DNA of 63,694 nt, filler included, from Hyphochytrium catenoides (taxonomy: Eukaryota; Protista; Hyphochytriomycota): the NCBI GenBank assembly GCA_900088475.1. It is 7 parts of 7 records of this genome, joined end to end, with 100 filler letters (N's around TTAATTAATTAA, not from the genome) between each part and the next. Parts side by side here need not be neighbours in the genome. Positions count along the whole stretch, not along the records: positions 62,332 to 63,694 come from FLMG01004192.1; 6 more parts are not named here. The stretch is one strand, 5' to 3'. The translations under genes and the position numbers were made by a program. The notes beneath the pieces are model-generated. The model did not search any database. It saw only the letters and a list, made by a program, of their open reading frames with translations, and was not told the DNA's origin. Shown here one piece after another: positions 62,331 through 63,694 of the stretch. The first letter of the stretch is position 1. Each line of letters begins with the position of its first letter.

Positions 62331-63694
62331 NATCGACGAAAACCACATAGTAACGATGACCGCCAAGGCTAAGTGTACTGACAATGCCAACATCGGAGTG
62401 GACGAGTTGAAGGGGCGTTGTGTTTTACGGTGTGATTGTTTAGGAACTTACGTCGGGTAAGTTTTCCCAAGACGCAACCCGAACAGAGAGACGTTGTGTC
62501 GTTGGTGATCTTCATGCCTGAAGAAACCGTGGCCAATTTCCGTACATCTGGAATGTTTAGATGTCCCAATCTGCGATGCCAGATGGTGACTGATTGGGGG
62601 CTGATAGCGGAAGCAGAAGGGTCTATTGCCTCAGTATCGGATAAGGTGGTGTAGGCACTGAGAGAACTGCTTGCTGGAGTGCAGTCCGTTAAGGTAGAGC
62701 CCGTCACGTAAAAGAGATTCCCAATGCGTTCGCCAAAAATACGGGTTGGTGCAACAGAAAGCAGCTGAGATAGAGGTTTAGGCGGTAGATAATAGACCTG
62801 TTCATCTTGGGTAAAAAGTACGTGGTAACCTTTATCAAGCTCCTTGCTGATTGAGAGTAGATCTTTGGTGAATCCAGGAGCATGTAGGACGTTTTGAAGG
62901 GTGACAGTGCCTGTCCGGTTGGTCGGTGATGTGAGAGAGAGCTTGACTGATCCTTGACCGATGGCCTTGACGCTTCTGTTGTCGGCTGTGAGTAGAGGTA
63001 TTGGATCTATGACTTTGTAGTCCTGGAAAAGCTGCCGGTTGCCGGTGATATGATCTGTGGCACCGCTATCAATGATCCACCGTGCTGCGGTGTTGTTCTC
63101 TGTGAAAGCCACTGTTGCTTGTGATTTTGGAGGTGGTTCTTTTTCGTTGTCGTCGGCACAAGGAGGAGACTTGGTATAAGCGACACTTTCAAGAGAGTTG
63201 ATTAGCTCCTCGCGCTGATCCGCGTCGAGGGCATTAATAAAGGCCTCAAAAGCAGCTGCAGGCTTTCCAGCTGGCTTACTATCTTTACCCTTAGTGCGCG
63301 ATTTCCATCCCGCCGGACGACGATGAGCATTGGCCTCCAATTCCCAACATAGTTCTGCACGATGGGTCCTTCCATTGCAATGAGGACAAGGATTGCGTCT
63401 TCCTTTTCCGGGATCTCCTTTCTGAGGATCCGGGCGTTCGGTGTGATAAGCTCCTCTTTCACCAGTAGTAGCCTCCTGCCGCGCAGCTACAGCTCTAACG
63501 GCGATTAATCTCATTGATGAGAATCTCTTCCACTTGATCAGCAGTCAGGGTGCCAGTGCCGCGGACCTGAATTGCTTCCACAGTGCCTCGAAATGATACT
63601 GGCAACCCCATTTGGATGGATGCAATGAGGAGCTTGTCACTGAAATCTTCGTTGGTCATCATCTCTTTGAGCAACTCGCATTGTCTGCGTTGCT
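62331..63694 (-). mobile_element. Ty1/Copia LTR retrotransposon gag-pol fragment (gag, zinc knuckle, protease, GAG-pre-integrase, start of integrase) with two frameshifts
   Basis: Gag 'IQMGLPVSFRGTVEAI...LTADQVEEILINEINRR', knuckle CPHCNGRTHRAELC, protease WIIDSGATDHITG, and WHRRLGHLN...CSGCVLGK. A shifted frame then reads PLQLVHSDVG...GGHRYYVVFVD. The protease-then-integrase order is Copia-type. Confidence 0.93.

Noticed and set aside
1-63694. CRISPR arrays, rRNA, telomeric repeats, prokaryotic operons
   Set aside because: None seen. The sequence is intron-containing eukaryotic DNA with no regularly spaced repeats.

Overview
Draft eukaryotic nuclear DNA with spliceosomal introns and the standard genetic code. 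It probably comes from a flagellated stramenopile-type protist; this is inferred from WRKY19-like Cx4Cx9Cx2H zinc fingers, ciliary genes and a plant/algal-type pseudouridine synthase. The window is not one continuous locus: six artificial N-TTAATTAATTAA-N linkers join seven separate scaffolds. (1) 1-19095 is gene-poor. It holds two convergent zinc-finger genes, a candidate spliced non-coding transcript between them, and decayed retroelement remnants. (2) 19196-42267 is a compact block with short introns: RABL3, SDHAF3, a lebercilin-like coiled-coil gene, a bacterial-type trans-aconitate methyltransferase, VPS50, a divergent PPP2R3C, NUDCD2 and an RCC1-repeat gene. (3) About 41.5-62 kb is saturated with (GA)n/(TC)n and holds a TOG/TOGARAM-like gene, a zinc-ribbon/B-box gene, a RasGAP-domain gene and an RluA-family pseudouridine synthase. 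(4) The window ends in a frameshifted Ty1/Copia gag-pol fragment. I found no unambiguous new system. The best leads are introns bracketed by complementary (GA)n and (TC)n tracts, the spliced ORF-less transcript between the zinc-finger genes, GC-AG and stop-free 3n introns, an 80-90 aa insertion in PPP2R3C, and a dead duplicated exon. All gene models were spliced by hand and no database was searched.
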